64,000 bases of DNA. It comes from Antedon mediterranea. Taxonomy: Eukaryota > Animalia > Echinodermata. Positions 29,091-41,314 of the stretch are shown piece after piece. The position numbers were made by a program, and so were the translations under genes. The stretch is taken from assembly GCF_964355755.1 (NCBI RefSeq), contig NC_092674.1, positions 21,204,001 to 21,268,000 of the forward strand, given 5' to 3'. Each line of letters opens with the position of its first letter. Positions within the stretch are counted from its first letter, which is position 1. The notes below the pieces were generated by a model that did not search any database, was not told the DNA's origin, and saw only the letters and a program-made list of their open reading frames with translations.

Positions 29091-30964
29091 GTAATCGATA
29101 CTTACTTGTATTTACCGAGTACCTTACCAAATGGGTGGAAGCTGATGCAATTCCAGATAAATCTGCTAAAACAGTGCTGAAATCTTTTATTGATTTTGTC
29201 TGCAGACATGGAACACCTTCTATATTGATTACAGACCAGGGTAGAGAGTTTTGTAATGAGCTGAATGACAGCTTCTGTAAGCGGATTGGGGTAGACCACA
29301 GAGTTGCCTCACCATACCATCCTCAAACAGGCGGGCAAATGGAGCGCTTTAACAGAACACTTTGCACAATGCTTATGACGTTTACCAACGCAGACCAAAA
29401 TGACTGGGATATACAACTCCCATACGTGTTGTTTGCCTACAGAACATCTGAGCACAAGTCTACGAAATGTGACCCATTCTCATTAGTTTACGGTAGAAAG
29501 GCTGTGTTGCCTGTAGAATTACGTATTCCCATCGTTTCGTCTAATAAAGATGACATATCCGGAACTGTTCCTTTAAAAATAAGAGTGGACGCTTTTTTGA
29601 AACTCAAAGATTCAAGGAGAAGGGCATCAGAAAATATCAAAAAAGCACAGAAAAAGCAAAAACATTATCATGATGCTGGTGTTAAAAGCAACACGTACTA
29701 TGCAGGAGATCAAGTGCTCTTGCAGAATTCCAGAAATTTGTCAAGAAAGGGAGGCAAAATTAATGCTCGATGGACTGGTCCATATATTATAGAAAAAGTC
29801 CTCACTCACAATACATATCGACTAAAAGGAAGAAAGGCTATTGTTAACGGAAACAAGATCAGACATTACAAGTCTGATAAAACAACCTCTTTGAACTGTC
29901 CATCATCAAGCACTAAACAGAAATGTAATACTGATGATAAGCATCTCCCTCCAAAGAAACGAAAGCGAACGCCAGACATCCCACCTGAAGTAACGCACCA
30001 TGATAACAGACCTACATCCAAGAATGGTGATATCACACCGGATGATCACATTATTAACATACCTACATCAAAGAATGTTGATGATAACGATAACAGACCT
30101 ACATCCAAGAATGATGATATCACACCGGATGATCACATTAACATACCTACATCCAAGAACGATGATATCACACTGGATAATCACGATAACATACCTACAT
30201 TAGACAATGATAATGTCGCACCGGATGATGACCATGACAACAGTAGGCCTGTATCTGATAGTGATGTGGTATACCTCAACACGAAAACTTCAAGAAAGTT
30301 ATTCTTTCCTGTCGATGCCAATTGGCAGCTTGAAAAGACAGCACCGTTTGGTATCAATGTCAAAAATTTTCACAAAACTCACTTAAAATGTGAAATGGAC
30401 AAGGCAGCCAGGCCTACTAAAGTTGTTAATATGAGAGGGGACGGCAACTGTCTTTTTAGGGCTTTGAGTTATATTCTCTTTGGTGTCCAGAACTACCATG
30501 TAGTTGTACGGGATTACATACTAAACTATATGTCCATGAACAAAAACCTATTTGAAAAAATTGAATCCAGATCATTTGAACGATACGTGGAAGACACGAG
30601 AATGGGGGAATATGGGACATGGGGTTCGGACATCGAAATCATGGCATTTGCGACCATGTCAAATACGAATGTTTATGTTTACAGTAAATATGGAAGAAGG
30701 AAAGGAGTTCCACATTACGAATGGTTGAAATATGCACCAATAAGTAATCAGTTTGGTGATTTAGTATCTGAAAGAAACATCTATCTATCAAACGTATGTG
30801 CACACTTTGAGCCTGTCCTGGATGTAGACAAGAGGGCTTATGATGCTGAATTAAAATACACTCGTACACCATACGCACCAATCAAAAACCACCTTGCACG
30901 GAAATACTGGGATATTGTATCCGATGTGACCCTCAATGCTGCTCTGGTAAATAATTTCTGTTAG
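29091..30964 (+). CDS. Ginger transposase exon 3 (rve integrase core D35E, GPY/F module, basic NLS, acidic repeats, OTU-like cysteine protease)
   Basis: Acceptor GTTTCAG|. ITDQG..35 aa..ER, WTGPY, PPKKRKR, OTU Cys box GDGNCLFRALS, WG..IEI.A, His box HFEPV. Spliced CDS is 2316 nt (771 aa) if it stops at 30964. Confidence 0.9.
29995..30245 (+). repeat. In-frame coding minisatellite (PTSKNDDITPDDH-like units)
   Basis: About 6 degenerate CCTACATCCAAGAA..GATATCACACCGGATGA units that keep the reading frame between the integrase and OTU domains. Confidence 0.85.
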
Positions 30965-30973
30965 TTCTTTTAA

Positions 30974-31578
30974 CACATTGACTGCCAAGGCATTTTCCGT
31001 AATTTCTGTCCCAGTGCCAAGTCCCGTTTACATATTAAATTACAGTTTGAAAGTGTAACATCTGGTCACAGACTATCATGATGTCATTCAAAATACGATG
31101 GCGGGAAAAACCGTTGAGACGTATAAATACGTCACTGGCAATGGTCCAACAATTTTATTGACTTTGCCAGGAACGTAAATATACGTCGGGGATTTTCCGC
31201 GCTAAAATCGGTCAAACCTATCATCGAGAGATAAAAACAGTAAACCACACTGAATCATTTCATCCTTTATTATTTTTATTTACTATTAGCGCAATTTATG
31301 ACATGTTTGAGATGATTATATTGAGTGTGAGGGCGCCATCGTATCAACCATATTCAATGCATGAGGGAATAAACACAAACAAACATACGACATTTATTTT
31401 TAGATTATCGTTTACGTACATCATTCATAAACTGCCATGCGATAATTCCTGTTCCAATCACCACTGCCAGCGATTCTACATACAATACAAAAGTGCTACG
31501 ATTTTGACGTAGTATTACGTCTTGGCAAGTAGCGACACGCAATTTTTGACGTATAAATACGCCGTGGCAGTGAACGTG
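30974..31578. mobile_element. piggyBac-like MITE
   Basis: TTAA|CACATTGACTGCCAAGGC...GCCGTGGCAGTGAACGTG|TTAA. Confidence 0.78.
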
Positions 31579-31844
31579 TTAAAACCAAATTACTTAATTA
31601 TCTCAATATTTATTTTTTAAATAATTTTGATATTGAAAATGTGTGTAGTTGGTCGCTTTCTTGTCGATGTTTTTATTGTAGAACGTAATTTATTTATTTT
31701 TCTCTGTTCTGGGTTGACCAACTAGCATAGGTGTTTAGCACCTGTTTGGTCTTTCCGTGCCTCCTTTTATAATTGTTTTGTCTTCTTTATTTATGTATAT
31801 GGCAGAAATTGAATAAATAAAAAAAAAAAAATAATAATAATTAC

Positions 31845-32726
31845 GAAGATAAAAATGTGGTATTTTTGGGGAAAAATGAAGTTTGAGGACGCTGTTCACA
31901 AAATAAAAATACATCTTTAAGTTGCCTGTATCTAATTAACTTTTAGCCATAATAATTTGAAAATGGTCTTATTTGATATATAATTAAATTTTCGTTAAAA
32001 CTTTATATTTAAACACACCTAATTCTAATAAATTCATGTGAAGTGCTTAAAATCAGCAAATATAACACATTTTAATATTGTAACAAATGCTAGTGATGTT
32101 AATAAATTACAAAGTTAGTGATCATAAATTGAATTATTTTACATTTCTATAAAATGTTGTTATTATAAAACATATACTGTAAATGTAAATTTTTCGAAAG
32201 ATTTCGCAAAAAAAATCCTTTTACGTCCAATAGATTTTGAGATTGCAGGAATGTGTATTACCTGTACAGGTCAAAGGTCAATAAGAACATTTTGGGTCAT
32301 TTTCGTGAAAAAGTTCTTATTAGACTGAATAGAAACATACACCTTCAGAATATTTTGAGCCCTATTTAAAGTTTGTCCAACTGTTAGTTACGGAGTTATA
32401 TGATATGTAGGTCAAAGGTCAAAAATGCCAAAAATCATACTTCCGGCCATTTTTGGACAAACTTTTCCATTAGAACGAATATTAATATGCATCTCCCAAG
32501 TAATTTGACACTAAAATTATTTCATTTAATCTGAGCGTTACAAAGATATGACCATTTTGTTTTCAATGGGTCAAAATTGAGGTCAGAGGTCAAAGATGAA
32601 TTTTAGAAATTTGACAACATGGGTTTTTACAACCAGCATGATTCAAATATTCATAAAACACAATGTTTACACTTTCCCCATGATCTGCACACGAAGGCAA
32701 TTTTTGTTACATAGGGATCTGGACTA
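31845..32726. mobile_element. Truncated Academ-like terminal fragment
   Basis: Ends GGATCTGGACTA (compare the GGACTA terminus at 14689) and carries AGGTCAAAGGTCA subterminal motifs. Left boundary uncertain. Confidence 0.4.
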
Positions 32727-33727
32727 AAGGGGTCTAATGGCAGATAACAACAGACCAAATATAATGTGTCCAGTGTAAACAGGCGATGATGTGTCATGCG
32801 CCCTGCTTTGATCGCTACAAGGATTAAAAAGCAGATTGTACAAAGAATAACGCGACTAAAGGTAAGGTAAAAGTACGTGAATTAGATTGTAAATAGTGTT
32901 TATTTTTATTGTATTTTTATGTTTAAAAAACTTGTTCATATTTACAACTCATATGATTCTGTTTCATAATGTTATGCAATTTTCTTCTATAATATGTTTT
33001 CTTTGGTCAAAGGAGCACATACAAACGTGCAACCTACCCTCTTTATGATCATTAACCTTGACGTGGTAGCGAGGCTTGCAGTGTATTGGTAGCCAGACCA
33101 ATGATGATCAATAACAAAGTAAAATAAATACAAACACACTTACTGAAACAAGTTTTAATAGCAAAAAATAAATAAATAAATAAATAAATATTTTTCTATA
33201 ATTATTTTTCATTATTATTACACTATTATTATTTTGTCCTGTTAATATAAGTAATGATCAATGATATATAATTTATGTTTACAAAACTCGTTCATATTTA
33301 CAACTCATTCTGACAAGACAACAACATATTTTTTGTAATTCACAATTCATACATTTATTTATTTTCAATCTGTCTGCATAACAAAAAATATATAGTATAA
33401 CAGATAGATTCCAGATACCGGATCGTTGTTTTTTTACATAACAAGTCATTTTTTCTTTGAATATAAATTCGGATTTAAGGACAAAATACTAAAATAAATA
33501 CTTACACCAAAGGTGCATAAAAACGTGTTGATGTGGCGCTATATCAATTTCATTATCTTTGCATTCACCCTAGACGCACATAGTGTGACACCCCCACCAT
33601 ATTCTCGATGTGACGATCAATGTGCCAATTAACATAATACTTCAGTAAAACGGATTATGTTCTTTCAAGAGATCAGCTATATCGTGTTGATTATAAAAAG
33701 GTGCAACTTTTAATTGATTGGGGATTA

Positions 33728-36700
33728 AACGGTCGCTAAATGGAAGTGTTTAAATTTAAGTGATCTTTAATTGGAAGAGAACCATTACAATAACTTGTTT
33801 TTTTATCACATGATTATAAACTATTTATTCTTCTTGTCTTTACTCGTACAAAATAATATAACGGTCGCTAATTAGAAGTGTCTTAAAGTAAAGTGATCTT
33901 TAATTGGAAGAGGACCAGTAAAATTACTTGTTTTTTTATCCCATGATTAAAAACTATTTATTCTTATTGTTTTTACTCAAACAAAATAATATAACGGTCG
34001 CTAATTGGAAGTGTTTAAACTAAAATGATCTATAATTGGAAGAGGACCCGTACAATTACTTGTTTTTTATCACATGATTATAAACTATTTATTCTTCTTG
34101 TCTTAACTATTTATTCTTCTTGTCTTTATTCATACCAAAAAATATAACGGTCGCTAATTAGAAGTGTCTTAAAGTTAAGTGATCTTAAATTTAAAGAGGA
34201 CCAGTACACTAATTACTTGTTTTTTATCACATGATTAAAAAATATTTATTATTCTTGTCTTTACTCATACAAAATAAAATAACGGTCGCTAATTGGATGT
34301 GTTTAAATTTAAGTGATCTTTAATTGGAAGAGGACTAGTACAATTACTTGTTTTATATCACATGATTATAAACTATTTGTTATTCTTGTCTTTACTCGTA
34401 TAAAATAATAAAACGGTCGCTAAATGGAAGTGTTTAAATTTAAGTGATCTTTAATTGGAAGAGGACTAGTACAATTACTTATTTTTTATCACATAATTAA
34501 AATCTATTTATTCTTCTTGTTTTTATTCATACAAAATAATAATAACGGTCTCTAAATGGAAGTGTCTTAAAGTAAAGTGACCTTTAATTGGAAGAGAACC
34601 AGTACAATTACTTGTGTTATATCACATGATTATAAACTATTTATGCTTCTTGTTTTTATTCATAAAAAATAATATAACGGTCGCTAATTGGAAGTGTCTT
34701 AAAGTAAAGTGATCTTTCATTGGAAGAGGACCAGTACAATTAATTGTTTTTTATCACATGATTAAAATCTATTTATTCTTTTTGTTTTTATTCATACAAA
34801 ATAATAATAACGGTCGCTAATTGGAATTGTTTAAATTTAAGTGATCTTTAATTGGAAGAGGACCAGTACAATAACTTGTTTTTTATCACATGATTATAAA
34901 CTATTTATTATTCTTGCCTTTCTTCATACAAAATAATATAACGGTCGCTAATTGGAAGTGTTTAAATTTAAGTGATCTTTAATTGAAAGAGGACCAGTAC
35001 AATTACTTGTTTTTTATCACATGATTAAAATCTATTTATTCTTCTTGTTTTTTATTCATACAAAATAATAATAACGGTCGCTAATTGGAAATTTTTAAAT
35101 TTAAGTGATCTTTAATTGGAAGAGGACCAGTACAATTACTTGTTTTTTATCACATGATTAAAATCTATTTATTCTTCTTGTCTTTATTCATACCAAATAA
35201 TATAACGGTCGCTAATTGGAAGTGTCTTAAAGTAAAGTGATCTTTCATTGGAAGAGGAGCAGTACAATTACTTGTTTTTTAAACTTCTTGTCTTTACTCA
35301 TACAAAATAATAAAATGGTCGGTAAGTGGAAGTGTCTTAAACTAAAGTGATCTATAATTGGAAGAGTACCAGTAAAATTACTTGTTTTTCATCACATGAT
35401 TAAAATCTATTTATTCTTCTTGTTTTTATTCATACAAAATAATAATAACGGTCGCTAATTGGAAGTGTATAAATTTAAGTGATCTTTAATTGGAAGAGAA
35501 CCAGTACAATAACTTGTTTTTTATCACATGATTATAAACTATTTATTATTCTTGTCTTTCTTTATACAAAATAATATAACGGTCGATCGCTAATTGGAAG
35601 TGTCTTAAATTAAAGTGATCTTTAATTGGAAGAGGACCAGTACAATTACTTGTTTTTTATCACATGATTAAAATCTATTTATTCTTTTTGTTTTTATTCA
35701 TACAAAATAATATTAACGGTCGCTAATTGGAAGTGTTTAAATTTAAGTGATCTTTAATTGGAAGAGGACCAGTACAATTAATTGTTTTTTATCACATGAT
35801 TAAAATCTATTTTTTCTTTTTGTTTTTATTCATACAAAATAATAATAACGGTCGCTAATTGGAATTGTTTAAATTTAAGTGATCTTTAATTGGAAGAGGA
35901 CCAGTACAATAACTTGTTTTTTATCACATGATTATAAACTATTTATTATTCTTGCCTTTCTTCATACAAAATAATATAACGGTCGCTAATTGGAAGTGTT
36001 TAAATTTAAGTGATCTTTAATTAGAAGAGGACCAGTACAATTACTTGTTTTTTATCACATGATTAAAATCTATTTATTCTTCTTGTTTTTTATTCATACA
36101 AAATAATAATAACGGTCGCTAATTGGAAATTTTTAAATTTAAGTGATCTTTAATTGGAAGAGGACCAGTACAATTACTTGTTTTTTATCACATGATTAAA
36201 ATCTATTTATTCTTCTTGTCTTTATTCATACCAAATAATATAACGGTCGCTAATTGGAAGTGTCTTAAAGTAAAGTGATCTTTCATTGGAAGAGGAGCAG
36301 TACAATTACTTGTTTTTTAAACTTCTTGTCTTTACTCATACAAAATAATAAAATGGTCGGTAAGTGGAAGTGTCTTAAACTAAAGTGATCTATAATTGGA
36401 AGAGTACCAGTACAATTACTTGTTTTTTATCACATGATTATAAACTATTTATTCCTCTTGTCTGTACTCATACAAAATAATAATAACGGTCGCTAATTGG
36501 GAGTGTCTTAAAGTAAAGTGATCTTTAATTGGAAGAGGACCAGTACAATAACTTGTTTTTTATCACATGATTATAAACTATTTATTATTCTTTCCTTTCT
36601 TCATACAAAATAATATAACGGTCGCTAATTGGAAGTGTCTTAAAGTAAAGTGATCTTTAATTGGAAGAGGACCAGTACAATTACTTGTTTTTTATCACAT

Positions 36701-37170
36701 GATTATAAACTATTTATTATTCTTTCCTTTCTTCATACAAAATAATATAACGGTCGCTAATTGGAAGTGTCTTAAAGTAAAGTGATCTTTAATTGGAAGA
36801 AGACCAGTACAATTACTTGTTTTTTATCACATGATTAAAATCTATTTATTCTTCTTGTTTTTTATTCATACAAAATAATAATAACGGTCGCTAATTGGAA
36901 GTGTTTAAATTTAAGTGATCTTTAATTGGAAGAGGACCAGTACAATTACTTGTTTTTTATCACATGATTATAAACTATTTATTATTCTTGTCTTTACTCA
37001 TACAAAATAATAAAAATGGTCGCTAATTGAAAGTGTTTAAACTAAAGTGTTCTTTAATTGGAAGAGGACCAGTATAATTACTTGTTTTTATTACATGATT
37101 ATTATTATATTATTATTTATTCTTCTTGTCTTTATTCATACCAAATAATACAATGGTCGCTATTTGGAGG
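33728..37170 (+). repeat. ~131 bp tandem satellite, ~26 copies, subterminal in the Ginger element
   Basis: Unit AACGGTCGCTAATTGGAAGTG..GTGATCTTTAATTGGAAGAGGACCAGTACAATTACTTG..ATCACATGAT..CATACAAAATAAT. A variant block recurs at offset 1038 bp (35251 / 36289). Confidence 0.95.
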
Positions 37171-37394
37171 TGTTTTAAGCCAAAAAATCTTTGAAAAATA
37201 AAAACTAGTTTGGCATTATTAACTTAATAGTCGTCGTTAAAAAAAGACAAGTGCATGCGCAATCACGATCAAAACCTGAATCTCAAATCTCAACCACGGA
37301 CGGTATTCAATCCAAGGGTCAGACATTATTAAACGCGCCGGACAGCATTAAATTGTTGGAAAACGCCCGCGAACCCGTTGAAACATGCAATTGG

Positions 37395-37461
37395 ACACTA
37401 TCCAATGTTGAAAAGTGTCCACCTGGACACTTTTGAATGATGGACACATTTCAATCTTACA
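37395..37461 (-). repeat. Right terminal inverted repeat of Ginger element
   Basis: Reverse complement TGTAAGATTGAAATGTGTCC..AAAGTGTCCAGGTGGACACTTTTCAACATTGGATAGTGT matches 4490-4555. Confidence 0.9.
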
Positions 37462-38935
37462 CCGGCATTAATTACCACGCAGGGCAGGATGGATCTGCCT
37501 GGGTGGGAATTAATGATAACAATACCCAGTTTTCCTTTTCTCCGTCAACTGTATACCAGACAGGCGTAAAAAACATTTCCATATCTAGCATTCACAAAAA
37601 CTCATCACATCATCATTTCGTAAAGAAACGACATGAAGTTTACACACAAGCGTGTATCAAAACGTAATATAGCGCATTCGCATCATCTTAGTTGTTCAAT
37701 TTTTGAAATTTCCAAAAATGCATATTCAAAAATCAACAAAAATATACAATATTACAGATCTCCCAACTTGTGAGATTTTCTGAACACTATAGAGGGCGCA
37801 ATAATATTTTAAAATACATCAAACCATAGAGGGCAATATTAAAAAATGGTAACGATATTGGCATCTAACAGTAAACATGATATGTCAGGCGTGCCAAAAG
37901 CGGAAATGTGATGCAACTCAGTTCGCTCATTACAGTATTAGGACGCACGAATTCATTTATAACATTTTACGGACCGATGATAGTACAGTATCCTACTCTC
38001 TTGTTTCTATCTATAGATAGAACAAATTTCAAACCGCCAATCAATTAATCAATTCATTTAAAACGATATGATGAGGAAATCAAGATGAGGAAGTCTGTGA
38101 GAAGGAGAAAAACCTAGATTTGAACCCGGAACCTTCTGCTTGATATGTCCTAACCATTTAGACAACTGGGGCTTTCATAGTATTGTTAAAACCCGATTGG
38201 ATAGCGACTCTTTAACATTCTCGGCGTGGTACGACGGCGGAACATCACTAGCCCCTTCGTTGTACGCACGCGCACCACAGAGATCAAATTGATACGCCCT
38301 CATCTTTTAGTATTTTTATTCACGAAGTGGGATATATTTCATCCAAAATATCGGGAGAAATTGCATGGTGGCAGGTGTGAGGACGTGACACGAAGTATAT
38401 TGAGACTCCCACTTTAACATGGTTGTAATTAGATATAACCCAGAACTTATTGACTTCCATCAATGGAGTTTCGTTTAAACAAGAAGATATTTCTTACAAA
38501 AAACGCCGCTCGACATTTTAAAATTAATCATTGTTCTTTTGATTAATTTATGATTATTTAGTAAAAAGATGTCCTTTAATCGCAAAGATACATACAAATC
38601 ACAGATAGTTCTTTAATTATGAATCACATGCCCAATTTTTCACTAGTTAATTGTATACACAGAATTTGAAAGAAGACATGTGTACCTTTCCAAAAATGTA
38701 TTATTTGCCAACAAATATCAATCTACTAATTCAAAAATGGCATTTAAAAATGGTCAATTTTGAACTTTATTGTGCTGTAGCCTGTTTGTGTGTGAGCTCA
38801 ACCTGAACTGTACGCATGCAACTGAATACCCTCTGAGAGACAACGTGACTTCACAGCGGTACAAGTGAAAATTCTTGATCAAAAAATCTGTTGATTCGCG
38901 TCAACCAATCAAAGAGCAAGAATCCAAAATCGTTC

Positions 38936-40414
38936 TATGGAAAGCCAAACCCGCCAAAAATAAATAATACATACCATCCACCAATAATTAATTCGTACAA
39001 AATTCAAACCATCCAATATTATCTCATGCAGTTCAATGAAAACTTAAACCATTCACCTAGTATCTACACCATCCAATACAATGTGTGACCATCTACCACT
39101 AGCCCAAACGACAATACGCCGAACAAACTACCCATAACACAAACCATCTAAAGAATGTTGAGCCCAGGCAGCAATAATTGAATTAATCTAACGTTAATAC
39201 AAGTATATATTAGCCAACTCATTTATCAACATTTCATGTAGTTCATGAACATTTCAAACAAAGCATCTTAATTATAGTTCATCGAATTCTAATTCTAATA
39301 CATTGCCTGTTTTATACACCGTTCGTCTGTTCAACAGTTTAAACAACTGTTTTGCACACGATACGCCCGTTCGTGAGTTCAAACCATGATATTTGAAGCA
39401 TCGACTTTCAAAATTGCGATTTTTCGCACCGAACGTATTTTCTTGAGTTAAAGTGGTTGCATTTCAATCACTTACTTTCGATTGGCCAGTATTACACACC
39501 GTTCGCTTGTTCGTGATTTCAAACCATGATATTTGAAGCATCGACTATCCAAACGGCGATTTTTCGCACCGAACGTATTTTCTTGAGTTAAAGTGGTTGC
39601 ATTTCAATCGCCTACTTTCGATTGGCCAGTATTACACACCGTTCGCTTGTTCGTGATTTCATGTGATAACATTTCATTCGACAACTTTTCAAACGTTAGT
39701 TTTTGGCTCTGCTTACGTATATGTCAGTTGATATACTATTTTTTAATTTTCATACTTTCCATAGTCAGTTTTGTACATCATTCGCATTTACGCATGTAAA
39801 GTGTAGATATTCCACTCGACAAGTTTTAAACGGTAGTTGTTCGCACATTTATTGTTTTATTGTTAAATTGTAACTGTTGGCGCCGATTTAATATTGAGGG
39901 GCGGAGGGTGAATGTCAACTTTACGACTGTATGACACTTACTTTAGGCCTAGGCCTACGTTACACACACAGGGAGATGTAAACTAATTTATAAATTTATA
40001 AAGTTGTTTAAACTGTTGAACAGACGAACGGTGTATAAAACAGGCAATGTATTAGAATTAGAATTCGATGAACTATAATTAAGATGCTTTGTTTGAAATG
40101 TTCATGAACTACATGAAATGTTGATAAATGAGTTGGCTAATATATACTTGTATTAACGTTAGATTAATTCAATTATTGCTGCCTGGGCTCAACATTCTTT
40201 AGATGGTTTGTGTTATGGGTAGTTTGTTCGGCGTATTGTCGTTTGGGCTAGTGGTAGATGGTCACACATTGTATTGGATGGTGTAGATACTAGGTGAATG
40301 GGTTAAGTTTTCATTGAACTGCATGAGATAATATTGGATGGTTTGAATTTTGTACGAATTAATTATTGGTGGATGGTATGTATTATTTATTTTTGGCGGG
40401 TTTGGCTTTCCATA
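38936..40414. mobile_element. Non-autonomous DNA transposon with ~410 bp TIRs and 6 bp TSD (IS3EU-like termini)
   Basis: TCGTTC|TATGGAAAGCC...GGCTTTCCATA|TCGTTC. Empty site at 62627-62632. Internal ~140 bp tandem duplication. Confidence 0.82.
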
Positions 40415-41145
40415 TCGTTCAACCGTGAGCCCTCATAGACTCTTTTTCTGATATATACAAACAAATATCTACCGAACTGTAATTGAAAAGGTTTATTGTG
40501 TGAACCGATCAACATAACAACATTGTTTCAGGCCGAACGTAATAACACTTCTGTTTTCGCGGGCTTTCAGGTCCCGTATTATAAATTCCATTTTAAATTA
40601 TGGCAGAATAGGCATATGCCCTTATCCCATAATAATAGTAAATAGATCGTGTCCTCGTTGCACAGGGTACAGAATCAGTAGGTCTACAGCTATACATTAT
40701 TTAACAATTAAGAAAATTAGTGTTTAACTAATAAATTGTAACTGTATTGACCTCTGTACATTGCTTTAGTGGTACAACATTATTATAGAATATCCTGAAT
40801 TATTTCGGTAAATACTTACACAGGGCCGGTTTTGTTTATAATAGAAAAGTATCTCTTCGGAGATCCCGCCTCGTGAATAAAAATACTGAAAGATGAGGGC
40901 GTATCAATTTGATCTCTATGGTGCGCGTCCATACAACGAAGGGGCTAGTGATGTTCCGCCGTCGTACCACGCCGAGAATGTTAAAGAGTCGCTATCCAAT
41001 CGAGTTTGAACAATACCATGAAAGCCTCAGTGGTCTGATGGTTAGGGCAACTGCATATGAAGCAGACGGTCCGAGTTCGAGTCTCGGATTCTCACAGATC
41101 TCCTCATCTTTATCGTTTCAAATTATATATTTGTTCAAATTATTC

Positions 41146-41206
<61 letters not shown>

Positions 41207-41314
41207 ACATCAGGCAATGAACATTAATTCTAAACCGCCCGGTGATATACTGAAATTTTAATTAATTAATTTGAAACGATAAAGATGAGGAAATCTGTGA
41301 GAATGAGAAAAAGT

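Larger units (their letters stand above)
4490..37461 (+). mobile_element. Ginger1-type (Gypsy-integrase-related) DNA transposon, 32,972 bp including nested insertions
   Basis: CCGG|TGTAAGAT...ATCTTACA|CCGG: 4 bp TSD at 4486-4489 and 37462-37465. Single CCGG at the empty paralogous site 53883-53886. Contains a spliced integrase gene with no gag, RT or RNaseH. Confidence 0.92.
1..40836 (+). repeat. Segmental duplication, copy 1 (shared core ~5 kb: 1-2284, 3608-4489, 37466-38935, 40421-40836; the rest is copy-specific insertion)
   Basis: Position 3 ACTAGGGGCACGAACGATTCC matches 50121. Colinear high-identity match continues across insertions to ACACAGGGCCGGTTTTGT (~40836 / ~63600). Confidence 0.92.

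Noticed and set aside
28216-30964. Gypsy LTR retrotransposon pol
   Set aside because: No gag, protease, RT or RNaseH and no paired LTRs. The gene has spliceosomal introns and lies between TIRs with a CCGG TSD.
15863-30964. Host gene GIN1/GIN2 symbol
   Set aside because: Similar domain family, but it sits inside a TIR/TSD-bounded insertion absent from the paralogous site. Orthology cannot be supported.
33728-37170. CRISPR array
   Set aside because: Whole monomers repeat with no unique spacers, there are no cas genes, and the context is eukaryotic.
4490-37461. Polinton/Maverick (large, integrase plus protease)
   Set aside because: No pPolB, ATPase or capsid ORFs. The TSD is 4 bp rather than 6 bp and the termini are TGT rather than AG repeats.
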